Source of the DNA: a virus
Strand: one strand, 5' to 3'
DNA length: 10,034 nucleotides
UHGV virus genome: UHGV-0306824
In this document: piece after piece, positions 1 to 8,106 of the stretch
How positions within the stretch are numbered: the stretch's first letter is position 1
Layout: each line of letters starts with the position of its first letter
Position numbers and translations under genes: made by a program
Notes under the pieces: model-generated
The model's input: only the letters and a program-made list of their open reading frames with translations
Databases searched by the model: none
What the model was told of the DNA's origin: nothing

Positions 1-183
1 GCGCGTACAAGCCGCTATATCACTGACACGACAAAAGAGCGTTATCACCAGTGCCAGAACGTGAATTGCAGCGCCACGTTCATCACTTATGAGTCGGTAC
101 AGAGATACATCGTGAAGCCTGGAGAAGTCCACGCCGTGAGGCCGCACCCGTTGCCGTCAGGGCAGCAAATTATGTGGATGTAA
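1..183 (+). CDS. ogr: Ogr-type zinc-finger late-gene transcription activator, C-terminal 60 codons (5' end lies outside the window)
   Basis: Frame 1 reads ARTSRYITDTTKERYHQCQNVNCSATFITYESVQRYIVKPGEVHAVRPHPLPSGQQIMWM then TAA at 181-183. This matches my recollection of the C-terminal part of the 72-aa P2 Ogr, including the second Cys pair (CQNVNC). The overlapping 71-aa minus-strand ORF (87..302) has no comparable signature. Confidence 0.85.
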   Translation, partial: ARTSRYITDTTKERYHQCQNVNCSATFITYESVQRYIVKPGEVHAVRPHPLPSGQQIMWM

Positions 184-192
184 TTACAAACA

Positions 193-222
193 GGAAGCCC
201 CTCAGTCGAGGGGCTTTTTTGT
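193..222. terminator. Intrinsic terminator hairpin between convergent ogr (+) and D (-)
   Basis: AAGCCCCTC (195-203), loop AGTC, GAGGGGCTT (208-216), then a T-run 217-220. It lies 12 nt after the ogr stop and about 30 nt beyond the D stop (253-255). On the minus strand the hairpin is followed by the weaker tract CCTGTTTGT. Confidence 0.55.
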
Positions 223-252
223 CTTATAAAACAAACAGATAAAATAAAAACA

Positions 253-1416
253 TCACTCATCATCTTCTGTTTCGTACTCCACATCAGAAAGCCTGACCTC
301 AAGCTCTAAGGACGTCGTGAAGCCGCTATTATTCAGAAAATGTGTCACCTTAGTGATTGTCCAGTCCTGCTCGTCTATGACGCGCTTAAAGCCTGACACT
401 CTGACCGGTGTTTCCGTGTAAATATCAGCACGACCAGTGGCAAGGCTGATGGAGAACTCCGCAACGCCCCGTTGCAGTTTATCCCACTTCGCCTGAGCGG
501 CGCGCATGGCCTGCGCTTTCGTGGCATATACCGTGGTCAGGGCAAAAACGTTGTCAGCTTCACCGGCCATGTATTCACCTTCGCGCGCTTCCGGTACTTT
601 TGGCGCTTTCTTCTGCGTGACTGGTTTCGCTTTCGGGTGCTCCAGTGCGCGCAGGTGTTTCTCTTTCTTTTTGCGTTTCAGTTTTACCTTCTGCTTTTGC
701 GGCTTCGGGTCTTTGGTGTGTAACCACTTTGCCGTTACGCCGGTATAGGCTCCACGGTCAGCAATCGCAAAATGATGGCGGTCGCCGTCGCTGCGGGTTA
801 TGGTGACCTGCGGGATTTTTTTACCGCTGGCCGTCACCCCCTGCCCCGCTTTGAGAAACAACAGTTTTCCCATTTTTACCGACACCTCACCGCCGTTGCG
901 TTCTGCAAGACGGGTCAGGAATTTCGCATCAGACTCCTGCGACTGGTCGATGTGCGGGATTTTAATTCCGGCCAGTGACGGAGCGACACTGGCTTCCAGC
1001 CTGTTACGGGAGGCTATCGCCTCAACAATCGCACCGAGCGTGGTGTCATGCCAGGAGCCTTCACGGCGGGAATTGAGCGTCCCGCGGAAATCTGCACTCC
1101 GGGCGCGGATGGTGACCACATCCGGCGCGCCCCGGTGTTCAACCTCATCAACGGTGAATTTCCCTTTGCATACCAGGGCAAAACCTTTCCAGCCGATATA
1201 CACCGTCAGGACAGCGCCACGAACCGGCAACCCGACCTGCCCGTCGGCATCGTTCAGTTCAATATCAAGCTGGTCAGCCTCAAAGCCCCGGTTATCCGTC
1301 AGGGTCATGCTCATCAGACGGTCGCTGATATTGCCGGTAATATCCCTGCTGTCGAGCATCAGCATGTAATCCGGCGTCAGCGTACTACCTGCATCAAATG
1401 TCAGCGCGTCCAGCAT
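253..1416 (-). CDS. D: P2 gpD-family tail protein (late control gene D)
   Basis: 387-aa ORF, last gene of the FI-FII-E-T-U-D block and the same length I recall for P2 gpD. Its ATG (1414-1416) overlaps the U stop by one nucleotide (TAATG), indicating translational coupling. It contains a Lys-rich linker at about aa 235-275. Confidence 0.88.
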   Translation of the reverse strand: MLDALTFDAGSTLTPDYMLMLDSRDITGNISDRLMSMTLTDNRGFEADQLDIELNDADGQVGLPVRGAVLTVYIGWKGFALVCKGKFTVDEVEHRGAPDVVTIRARSADFRGTLNSRREGSWHDTTLGAIVEAIASRNRLEASVAPSLAGIKIPHIDQSQESDAKFLTRLAERNGGEVSVKMGKLLFLKAGQGVTASGKKIPQVTITRSDGDRHHFAIADRGAYTGVTAKWLHTKDPKPQKQKVKLKRKKKEKHLRALEHPKAKPVTQKKAPKVPEAREGEYMAGEADNVFALTTVYATKAQAMRAAQAKWDKLQRGVAEFSISLATGRADIYTETPVRVSGFKRVIDEQDWTITKVTHFLNNSGFTTSLELEVRLSDVEYETEDDE

Positions 1417-1895
1417 TATCCCGCCCCCGTCATACCCGTGAATCTGGTCGCCATACTGCCAGCCTTACCGATGAGCGATTCCGCCTGTTTACCGATATCG
1501 CCATAAAGCGCGGCCAGTGATTCATCCACGCGGGTGAGCGACAACGTAAAATCAATTTTCCGGGGTGTGCCGTCTGCAAAGAAAATACTCCCTGTTTCAC
1601 TCACCCTGCTGATGACATACATGCCGTAAATCATGCCGGTGCCATCCAGCAACGGCCACGCCCGGCCTTCCTCTGCCATCAGCCTGAGCGTGGTCATCGT
1701 CAGCTTCCCGCCGGTCAGTTCGGGATAAAGCACGCCGGCAAGCGTCATGTTTTCCTCACCCACACCGAGAAACTGAAAGGCATCCCGTTTACCGATACGG
1801 GGATTTGACGGCCAGCGATAATCTGATTCGCGCTGCATGGTCTGGTGTGGCAGCGTCTGGCGCATAAAAACAAACATACCTAACGCGAGCATCAT
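1416..1895 (-). CDS. U: P2 gpU-family tail protein
   Basis: 159-aa ORF between T and D in the canonical P2 order; the length matches gpU as I recall it. Its stop overlaps the D start. Confidence 0.88.
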   Translation of the reverse strand: MMLALGMFVFMRQTLPHQTMQRESDYRWPSNPRIGKRDAFQFLGVGEENMTLAGVLYPELTGGKLTMTTLRLMAEEGRAWPLLDGTGMIYGMYVISRVSETGSIFFADGTPRKIDFTLSLTRVDESLAALYGDIGKQAESLIGKAGSMATRFTGMTGAG

Positions 1896-1909
1896 TTTTC
1901 GTCACCTCC

Positions 1910-4357
1910 TTAACCGTCATGCATCATGCTGGCACGGGCGCGCGCACGTTTATCCCGCTCGTATTTTTCGAGCGCATCCTGTAACTGGCGGTCGAGCTGT
2001 GTCCCCGGCGCAGTACCACCCGTCAGGCTGATGTGATATTCGTTTTTACTCTGGTCTACATAAGAGCGGCCAGCCGGTGCCGTGACCGGCTGATAAGCCT
2101 GATAACCTGCATAAGAGCTGGTCGCCGGAATATAACCACCGGTGCCATACGTGGCGGCATGAGTCCTTGCGGCGGTCTGGTCAAGTGTGTCTGACTCTTT
2201 GTTGATAACACCGAGTTTTTCCAGTACCCAGTCAATACCGCTGCGCAGTTTGTTGAACGCATTAAGCGGCAGCCTCAGCGCGTCAGCCAGTGCCTGCCCG
2301 AACATGACCCCCGTGTCACGGCAACTGTTCAGGGTGTCCTGAGTGGCTTTGACCGGGACAATCAGGTTTTTAAACCACTGCCACGCGGCCTGTAACTTTT
2401 CACCCAGCCAGTCAAACACCGGTTTCAGTGGCGTGAACAGCTCCCCCACCGGCGCAAATGCCGCTTTCAGCCCTTCAACCACACCGCCAAAGAATGCGCT
2501 GACAGGCTCCCAGTATTTACGGATAAGCAACGCCCCGGCGACAATGGCGGCCACCACAGCCACAACCGGCCAGCTAATCGCCCCGATGGCCGTCATAACG
2601 GCACTACCAACCGTCGTGAAGATTGCCCCCATTGCGCCTGCTGCCGCGATGATGGCATTGATGCCAGTGATAACCGGCCAGGCTACAAGACCAATTGCAC
2701 CGATGATGCCAATAAGCGCCAGCGCGCCACCGGCAATGATGCCAATGGTTGACGCCAGTGATTTGTTTTTCTGGATCCAGCCGTCGAGTTTTAACACATA
2801 CTTTGTGGCCGTCTGTGTGAGCTTACGCAGTGCGCCTTCCTGCTGGTCAAACAGGTCTGTCCCCACCGCCTCATAAGCGGACTGAAACTCCTTAAAGTCA
2901 CCGCCGAGGTTGTCCTGCATGATATTTACCAGCTCGGCGGTCTTCCCGTCTGAGGCTTTAAACTCAGCGGTCAGTTTGTCCAGCTTTCCGGTTGAGGCGG
3001 CAGTCATCAGCACGGCGGCGGCTGAGCTGGCCTCCTCCCCGAAAATGGTTTTCATGTATTCAGCCTGCTGGGCAGTACCGAGCCGGTTTTTCTCAAAACT
3101 GGCCTGCATTTCTTTCAGAATGGTAAATACTGGTCGGGTATTCCCCTTACTGTCTGAGGTTTTCACGCCAAGCTCTTTGAGTGCATCCCATGCTTTTCCC
3201 GTCGGTGCCTGCAGGCGACTTAACACGGCACGGCTTCCCGTCCCCGCCATTGAGCCTGTGATTTTTGCATCATGCAGCGCCCCGACCATTGCGGCGGTTT
3301 CTTCAATGCTGACACCGGCATTTTTTGCCACTGGTGCGGCATAGGTCAGCGCATCGCTCATGCCGTCAAAATCAGCGGCGGTTTTGTTCATCGTCATGGA
3401 GAGAACATCCCCGATATGAGCGACCTTATCGTTTGAAAGCTGAAAGGCGGATTTCATCCCCATCAGCAGGGCGGCGTTTTCTTCCATCGTGCGGCGGTTC
3501 GCCAGTGCCATATTCAGCGTGACCGGCGTTGCCGCCTGAATGGCATCAACATCCCCACCGGCTTTCGCAATGATAATCTGTGCACCGGCTGCATCATCTG
3601 CCGAGGCGGCGGTGTTGTCGCCGAGCTGGCGCGCCTGCTTGCGGAGCGCGGTCATTTCGGCGGAGTCTTTTGCCACTCCGAGCACGGCCTGCAATTCTGA
3701 GTTTTTCTGCGCAAACTCATAACCGGGCATCAGCAACTTAACTCCGGCCATCGTTCCCGCCGCCGCAATCCCCACACCGGCAGCGCCCACTGAGGCCATA
3801 TTTCCGGCCAGTTCCTTGCCTGCCTGATAACGCTGTTTTACTGCGTTAAGTTTTGCCTGTTGCGCACTGACACGAGCCAGCGCGTCACGCTGACGGTTAA
3901 GCTGTGCGGTGGTTTCACTGATACGGTTTTTCAGTCCCTGCTCATCATGTGCAAGATTGCGGGTATTAATTCCCACAGCGGCCAGTTCCCGCTGCTGGCG
4001 TTTAATGGAATCTGTCAGGCGGTTATATTTCGCCTGTAAGTCCTCCGCCGCACGCTTTGCGGATTCCAGCACTTTCGCCTGAGCACGGGTCGGACGTTCG
4101 GTATTTTTAAACTGTGTGGCAAGGGCTTCGGCCTCCTGCCGTGCCTTTTCAAGTGCATGACCAGTCACGGCGAGCTGTGCACTGGTCTTGCGGAATCCCT
4201 CAATACGGGATGCGTGACCGTTCAGCTCGCGCAGTGATTTTTGTGTTTCCCGGATATCCCCCGACAGCGACCTGCTCGCTGTACGGATGGATTTAAACGG
4301 GCGGGATGCCTGGTCAACAGCCCTGAGCAATACCTGTAATTTTACATTGTTACTCAT
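1910..4357 (-). CDS. T: Tail tape measure protein (P2 gpT-like)
   Basis: 815-aa ORF. The N-terminal half is coiled-coil-like and rich in A/Q/R/K/E; a long Gly/Ala/Ile-rich hydrophobic segment sits mid-protein (IGIIAGGALALIGIIGAIGLVAWPVITG...), as is typical of tape measure proteins. It lies directly downstream of E/E', and its ATG (4355-4357) overlaps the E' stop. Confidence 0.9.
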   Translation of the reverse strand: MSNNVKLQVLLRAVDQASRPFKSIRTASRSLSGDIRETQKSLRELNGHASRIEGFRKTSAQLAVTGHALEKARQEAEALATQFKNTERPTRAQAKVLESAKRAAEDLQAKYNRLTDSIKRQQRELAAVGINTRNLAHDEQGLKNRISETTAQLNRQRDALARVSAQQAKLNAVKQRYQAGKELAGNMASVGAAGVGIAAAGTMAGVKLLMPGYEFAQKNSELQAVLGVAKDSAEMTALRKQARQLGDNTAASADDAAGAQIIIAKAGGDVDAIQAATPVTLNMALANRRTMEENAALLMGMKSAFQLSNDKVAHIGDVLSMTMNKTAADFDGMSDALTYAAPVAKNAGVSIEETAAMVGALHDAKITGSMAGTGSRAVLSRLQAPTGKAWDALKELGVKTSDSKGNTRPVFTILKEMQASFEKNRLGTAQQAEYMKTIFGEEASSAAAVLMTAASTGKLDKLTAEFKASDGKTAELVNIMQDNLGGDFKEFQSAYEAVGTDLFDQQEGALRKLTQTATKYVLKLDGWIQKNKSLASTIGIIAGGALALIGIIGAIGLVAWPVITGINAIIAAAGAMGAIFTTVGSAVMTAIGAISWPVVAVVAAIVAGALLIRKYWEPVSAFFGGVVEGLKAAFAPVGELFTPLKPVFDWLGEKLQAAWQWFKNLIVPVKATQDTLNSCRDTGVMFGQALADALRLPLNAFNKLRSGIDWVLEKLGVINKESDTLDQTAARTHAATYGTGGYIPATSSYAGYQAYQPVTAPAGRSYVDQSKNEYHISLTGGTAPGTQLDRQLQDALEKYERDKRARARASMMHDG

Positions 4358-4777
4358 TCGTGTTTCCGCTTCGCCGGAGTGCCTTTTCGCGCCATGTGAT
4401 GAGTTCGGTCAGGCTCATGGGATACAGTTCTGATGGCGGCCAGTGAAATATCACTGCCACATCCGCCATCAGGTCATCGACCGAGAGATTTTTCGGAAAC
4501 GTTACTGCACCGAGTTCGGCGACAAAAAACCGACCACCTTACCGGCCAGCGCCACAAGGTCAGGCAGTTCCAGCGCGGCGACCTCCTGCTCGGTCAGCAT
4601 CGGTGCCGTCATGCGCGGCAGTACCTTAATCAGTGCATCGACTTCGGAGTTTGCAACCGCAGCCAGACTGACACCGCGCAGCGTCCCCGCACTGGGTTTC
4701 ATCAGCGTGACCTGTTCGATAACCTGCTCACCACGCTTGACCGGATTGTCCAGGGTAATCACATTTTCTTTGTTCAT
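4350..4777 (-). CDS. Tail assembly chaperone E+E' made by -1 programmed ribosomal frameshift (predicted 142 aa)
   Basis: After the minus-strand heptamer T TTT TTG, the -1 frame stays open for 57 codons (VAELGAVTFPKNLSVDDLMADVAVIFHWPPSELYPMSLTELITWREKALRRSGNTNE) and ends at TAA 4350-4352, which overlaps the T start codon. The arrangement parallels lambda G/GT and P2 E/E+E'. Confidence 0.7.
4502..4777 (-). CDS. E: Tail assembly chaperone E (P2 gpE-like), zero-frame product
   Basis: 91-aa ORF between FII and T, ending ...KVVGFLSPNSVQ*. It contains the slippery heptamer seven codons before its stop. Confidence 0.85.
   Translation of the reverse strand: MNKENVITLDNPVKRGEQVIEQVTLMKPSAGTLRGVSLAAVANSEVDALIKVLPRMTAPMLTEQEVAALELPDLVALAGKVVGFLSPNSVQ
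4523..4529 (-). other. -1 frameshift slippery heptamer T TTT TTG (plus strand reads caaaaaa)
   Basis: Read directly: the zero-frame codons are GGT TTT TTG (G-F-L of ...VVGFL). This is a classical X XXY YYZ site, placed where tail-chaperone frameshifts occur. Confidence 0.7.
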
Positions 4778-4805
4778 GGTTTTCTCACTTCTGAATCAGG
4801 GTTAA

Positions 4806-4826
4806 CCGGTCAGCCAGGCTGACCGG
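4806..4826 (-). other. Intercistronic stem-loop between FII stop and E start
   Basis: Perfect 10-bp inverted repeat CCGGTCAGCC a GGCTGACCGG, 8 nt past the FII stop (4834-4836) and about 50 nt before the E ATG. No U-tract follows on the minus strand, so it is not a canonical intrinsic terminator. Confidence 0.4.
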
Positions 4827-4833
4827 ATGAAAA

Positions 4834-5352
4834 TTACAGGCCGATATTTCGGCGGTGTTGCTCCAGCCGGTCGACGCCGTTCACCTTCTCAATCATGTTG
4901 ATGGTGTCGATTTCGACCAGCTCCTTACCGTCCATCGTCAGCCGGAAATAGGTGCAGACCACGGAGATTTTCGACTCGGTGTCTTCTCCCTGTTTACCCT
5001 CGCCGGTGTCGATTTCTTTCTGACGTCCACGCATGACCACTTCGACGGCCACCGTTTCGCCGGTATCGTCGCGCTGGTAAGAGCCTGCAAAACGAATCGG
5101 CACGGCATCCACACCGGTTGAGGCGTAAAGCTCCCAGATAACCGAATCCGGGAAGCCCCCGAGCGACCACTCCATTGACAGCGCATCGTCATCAAGGCCG
5201 AGGTCTACCGGTGCGCTGCCGTTCATCCCCGCACCGCGATAGTTTTCGAGCTTACGGGTCAGTTTTGGCAGCGTGACGGACTTTGCAACGCCCTGATAGC
5301 TGTAGCCGTTCAGAAAGACGTTCATTAACTTGAGTTTGCGCGGCATTGCCAT
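4834..5352 (-). CDS. FII: Major tail tube protein (P2 gpFII-like)
   Basis: 172-aa ORF immediately downstream of the sheath gene; the 12-nt spacer contains GGAG. Length matches P2 FII as I recall it. Confidence 0.9.
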   Translation of the reverse strand: MAMPRKLKLMNVFLNGYSYQGVAKSVTLPKLTRKLENYRGAGMNGSAPVDLGLDDDALSMEWSLGGFPDSVIWELYASTGVDAVPIRFAGSYQRDDTGETVAVEVVMRGRQKEIDTGEGKQGEDTESKISVVCTYFRLTMDGKELVEIDTINMIEKVNGVDRLEQHRRNIGL

Positions 5353-5364
5353 CGGTCAGGCTCC

Positions 5365-6555
5365 TTAATTGCTGTTAACCGAGGTGACCAGATTTGCCAG
5401 GTATTTATCGGTAATACGCTGGCGCAGGGTCAGGTTTTCGAGAGGAGGCACCGGGGTATAGTCGTAGTCGATATACAGTTTTCCGGCCTTGAGGGTTTCC
5501 GCATCGTTGGATTCTTCGCTGAACCAGCAGGTCGCATCCACGATATAGCCGTTTGTTTTCAGCTCACGGAATTTGGCATTGATGCCGTCAACGATGTCGC
5601 GAATCAGCGTTGCGGTGATGGGCTTGTCCACCGCCCACATGTGCGCCTCAGCCATCGTGTCGGCCAGCACCTGCGCGGTGCGGGTGTAGTTTTCAAAGAG
5701 GAACAGCGGGTCATCAGAGCAGGTACGGTTACCCCAGAAGCGGAAACCGTCGCGGCGAATCAGCGTAGTGACGCCTGACTCATTAAGCAGGTCAGCATCG
5801 GTGCCGGACTCCTGCAAATCCCAGAATACAGAGGCGCTGATGCCGGTAACACCGTTCACCCCGACATTGGACAGCGTTTTATGCCAGCCCTGCTCCTGGT
5901 CGATTTTGGCACGCAGCCCCAGTGCACGGGCGGTGGCATACGCGGTGGCGGTGGTACTGGTGACCGTATCCCATGCGAGGAAATCCGGCCAGATGACCAT
6001 CAGCTCACGCTGGCTGAAATTCTGGCGGTAAGCTTTCACCTCGGAAATGGTTTTACAGCCCCATGCGCTGATATACCCGAAAGCGCGCAGCTTCTGACAG
6101 ACTGATGCCAGTGCAACAGCCACCTCTTTGGTGTCCAGTCCCGGCACGCCGAGAATACGCGGTTTAACACCGGTTACCGACTCCGCCGCCAGCAGGGCTT
6201 TCAGTCCGGTGTACTGACCGTTTTCGTCGGTGGTGCCGATGATATTGGAAACGGTCTGCGCGAGTTTCGTTTCTTCGTCGTCGCCGGTGCCGTCTTCCAC
6301 GCGCACAACAACGGTGACCGGTTTTGACTGGTCAGCGATGGCCTGTAACGACGCCGCCAGCGTGCCTTTTTTACCGGCCTTTGCAATTGCGCTCTGCACA
6401 TTAGTAATCAGCACAGGTTTATTGAGGGGGAAGGTTTCCGCATCCGCATCGCTGGCCGTGCAGACCATGCCGACAATGGCAGTGGATACGGTGGAAATGA
6501 CGCGGGTGCCGTCGTTAATCTCCAGCACCTGCACGCCGTGATGATAGTCACTCAT
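5365..6555 (-). CDS. FI: Contractile tail sheath protein (P2 gpFI-like)
   Basis: 396-aa ORF, first gene of the block, with GGAG about 8 nt upstream of its ATG. Length matches P2 FI as I recall it. Confidence 0.9.
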   Translation of the reverse strand: MSDYHHGVQVLEINDGTRVISTVSTAIVGMVCTASDADAETFPLNKPVLITNVQSAIAKAGKKGTLAASLQAIADQSKPVTVVVRVEDGTGDDEETKLAQTVSNIIGTTDENGQYTGLKALLAAESVTGVKPRILGVPGLDTKEVAVALASVCQKLRAFGYISAWGCKTISEVKAYRQNFSQRELMVIWPDFLAWDTVTSTTATAYATARALGLRAKIDQEQGWHKTLSNVGVNGVTGISASVFWDLQESGTDADLLNESGVTTLIRRDGFRFWGNRTCSDDPLFLFENYTRTAQVLADTMAEAHMWAVDKPITATLIRDIVDGINAKFRELKTNGYIVDATCWFSEESNDAETLKAGKLYIDYDYTPVPPLENLTLRQRITDKYLANLVTSVNSN

Positions 6556-6663
6556 CCGTTTAACTCCGTGGTTAATGGGTGAGTGGTATTTTCAGTTGTG
6601 CCGGAGATGTCAGGCTATTTGTCCCGGTTGGCTAATCGACAGCACAACCACCGGTAAAGAAAA
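6556..6663 (-). promoter_or_regulatory. Putative late promoter and RBS region for the FI operon (expected to be Ogr-dependent)
   Basis: Only the position is supported: about 100 nt between the upstream terminator hairpin and the FI start. I searched for a perfect TGT-N12-ACA activator-site dyad and found none. Confidence 0.3.
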
Positions 6664-6682
6664 GGCGGGCAATTTGCCCGCC
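6650..6682 (-). terminator. Intrinsic terminator (minus-strand orientation) upstream of the FI promoter region
   Basis: GGCGGGCAA t TTGCCCGCC palindrome at 6664-6682. On the minus strand it is followed by TTTTCTTTA (reverse complement of 6650-6663). On the + strand there is no good T-tract. Confidence 0.5.
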
Positions 6683-6881
6683 TGTCCTGATTTGTACTCA
6701 CTCATTTTCCGACTGACAATTTACATAGCCCAAACGCTATCAAATCTGACAGTCTGCTTTGGGTAAACTGATAATGGGCAGAGCTTTGTATGGCTAACTT
6801 CAGCATGATACCTTACAGTCAAGCTGACAAAAGGCGGAATGATTATTCGTTGATACACATCCTCCTGTAAGGAAACAAAGC

Positions 6882-7652
6882 ATGTATAAAGAACTTATAG
6901 AACAGAGACTGAATGAGGCAAAAGCCGCCAGAGCTGCGCTGAGCAAGATTAATGGTGTAATTGTCGAAAAAACACACAACCCTGACCGCGGACTGTATCT
7001 CGTTAATTATGCCAATTTACTTATGAACAGGCAGATAGACATCTTCGATGATGCGCTTCTCCTCCTCGAAAACGAACGATACCAAAGCGCTTGTATTGTT
7101 AGCCGAGGAATGATTGAAACTCATGCCTTCTCACGACTCTTAAACAAGAAAGTAGAGAAAATTTTGACTACCCAAAATGGACACGCAAGTGTAGATAACG
7201 CTATCGAAGTTATATTGAACTTTACGAATAGTTCTCGATTTAAAAAGTCAGAGCAAGAAAAGATTCAGAAAGAAGTATTTGACCCGAACGACTACATGTT
7301 TACTGAGGAGGCTAAATATCGTTTTGAAAACCTACTTGCTGTCAGTATGCATGTGATGACTGCTTTACGCGAACTCTATAAAGATGAGATGAAGCAGACT
7401 AATCAGATGGAAAGTGATTTTGAACTGACTTATGACATACTTAGCGAATATGTTCATCCTTCACAAACGAGCATCTACCACTACTACACACCTGAAACCC
7501 ACTTAGTTCCTACTTCGGTTGGTAATATTCATACTTATGTGCATGCTCAGCTACAATGTGTGAGAGCGCTACTTTTCATATTAGAAGCAAAGAGTCAACA
7601 TTATTGGTCTACACAGTTAGCAAATGAGATGACCAAACGAGCTAAAGAGTAA
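6882..7652 (+). CDS. Hypothetical protein, 256 aa; cargo gene at the G-FI moron position (P2 Z/fun-type site)
   Basis: Uninterrupted ORF with AAGGA 8 nt before its ATG. It is visibly more AT-rich than the flanking tail genes, opposite in orientation to the late operon, and predicted mostly helical. No motif I can assign, apart from an R-x5-H stretch (SRGMIETH). Confidence 0.75.
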   Translation: MYKELIEQRLNEAKAARAALSKINGVIVEKTHNPDRGLYLVNYANLLMNRQIDIFDDALLLLENERYQSACIVSRGMIETHAFSRLLNKKVEKILTTQNGHASVDNAIEVILNFTNSSRFKKSEQEKIQKEVFDPNDYMFTEEAKYRFENLLAVSMHVMTALRELYKDEMKQTNQMESDFELTYDILSEYVHPSQTSIYHYYTPETHLVPTSVGNIHTYVHAQLQCVRALLFILEAKSQHYWSTQLANEMTKRAKE

Positions 7653-7767
7653 GGCCTAAGCCCTGCAATGTGTTTATTTGAAAAATATTTCAATTTTTTC
7701 TTTGTATGCTGTAAATGACCTGAGTCCCTCTGACCAGAGAGCCTTGATGTTATCAATGTCCGCTCCT

Positions 7768-7900
7768 GGCACAGAGCGGACTGTCAGATTAGGGGTTACT
7801 CTGTGTTATAGATATGTGAGCTCACACCAGAGCTTATACAGCTTATTGTGGCATTTCCGGCCATTCAGGATTTGCAGGATCCACACGACTGACCAGAACG
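7768..7900. repeat. R1 copy a: 133 bp comprising the last 19 codons of a minus-strand tfa plus 75 bp of its 3' flank
   Basis: About 92% identical by eye (roughly 10 mismatches) to 8456-8588 in the same orientation. Confidence 0.8.
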
Positions 7901-7997
7901 CTGTAGCGTTCCCATGATTCCAGTCGGCTACGCTCCTCATCTGTTGCCATGTTCAGTCTGACCGCGCGCTCCAGCGGCAAAATCACGGATTCGGCAT
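7843..7997 (-). pseudogene. Tail fibre assembly protein (P2 gpG / Tfa family), 3' remnant only
   Basis: Minus strand reads [50 protein letters not shown], a Tfa-family C-terminus. The frame runs only 57 codons back to an in-frame TGA (rc of 8017-8019) with no start. Homology to the + strand tfa copy stops abruptly at about 7997. Confidence 0.7.
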
Positions 7998-7998
7998 T

Positions 7999-8106
7999 AT
8001 TGTTCAGGATACCGGCTCAAACTCTGCCGATAGCATTGGTGGCATATATTACAGACCGGTGCAGAAATACATTAACGGGACATGGTATAACGTAGCGCAG
8101 GTATAA
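7999..8106 (+). pseudogene. Possible 3' fragment of a tail-fibre (H/Stf-like) gene, directly upstream of the + strand tfa
   Basis: Frame reads ...[36 protein letters not shown] with its stop 3 nt before the tfa ATG (TAA ttt ATG). That is the usual fibre-chaperone spacing, but the assignment rests on context only. Confidence 0.35.

Noticed and set aside
87-302. 71-aa minus-strand ORF overlapping ogr
   Set aside because: The + strand frame gives the Ogr C-terminus with its Cys pair and a proper stop and terminator; the minus ORF has no recognisable features.
592-714. Lys-rich low-complexity stretch in D (..KPQKQKVKLKRKKKEKHLRALEHPKAKPVTQKKAPKVPE..)
   Set aside because: It is in-frame within a D protein whose total length matches what I recall for P2 gpD, so it is most likely a native linker, not an insertion or separate element.
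800-1369. 189-aa + strand ORF (and the neighbouring 472..723, 506..748, 772..978 and 1048..1506 ORFs)
   Set aside because: They lie antisense within the D gene, which has a clear phage-tail identity and synteny; these are shadow ORFs with no RBS or context.
2343-3722. + strand ORFs 2343..2876, 2910..3344, 3325..3522 and 3540..3722
   Set aside because: Antisense to the tape measure gene; Ala/Ser/Pro-rich translations typical of the reverse strand of a GC-rich coding region.
4433-4822. + strand ORFs 4433..4822 and 4443..4805
   Set aside because: Antisense to E/E+E', which is supported by the frameshift signal and synteny.
5768-6541. ORFs 5768..6031 (+), 5881..6105 (+), 6230..6541 (+) and 6201..6401 (-)
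   Set aside because: They fall inside the sheath gene FI, either antisense or in another frame.
7759-7782. Hairpin GTCCGCTC-n8-GAGCGGAC downstream of the tfa remnant, considered as a terminator
   Set aside because: No U-tract on either strand and only 8 bp of stem; I could not support a terminator call.
7678-7917. 79-aa + strand ORF
   Set aside because: It spans the 3' flank and the antisense of the tfa remnant (R1a); no RBS and an implausible low-complexity sequence.
7990-8020. Gin/Pin/Hin-type invertase crossover site at the tfa/fibre junction
   Set aside because: I could not find a convincing 26-bp dyad resembling gix/hix sites at this or any other breakpoint, and no invertase gene lies within the window.
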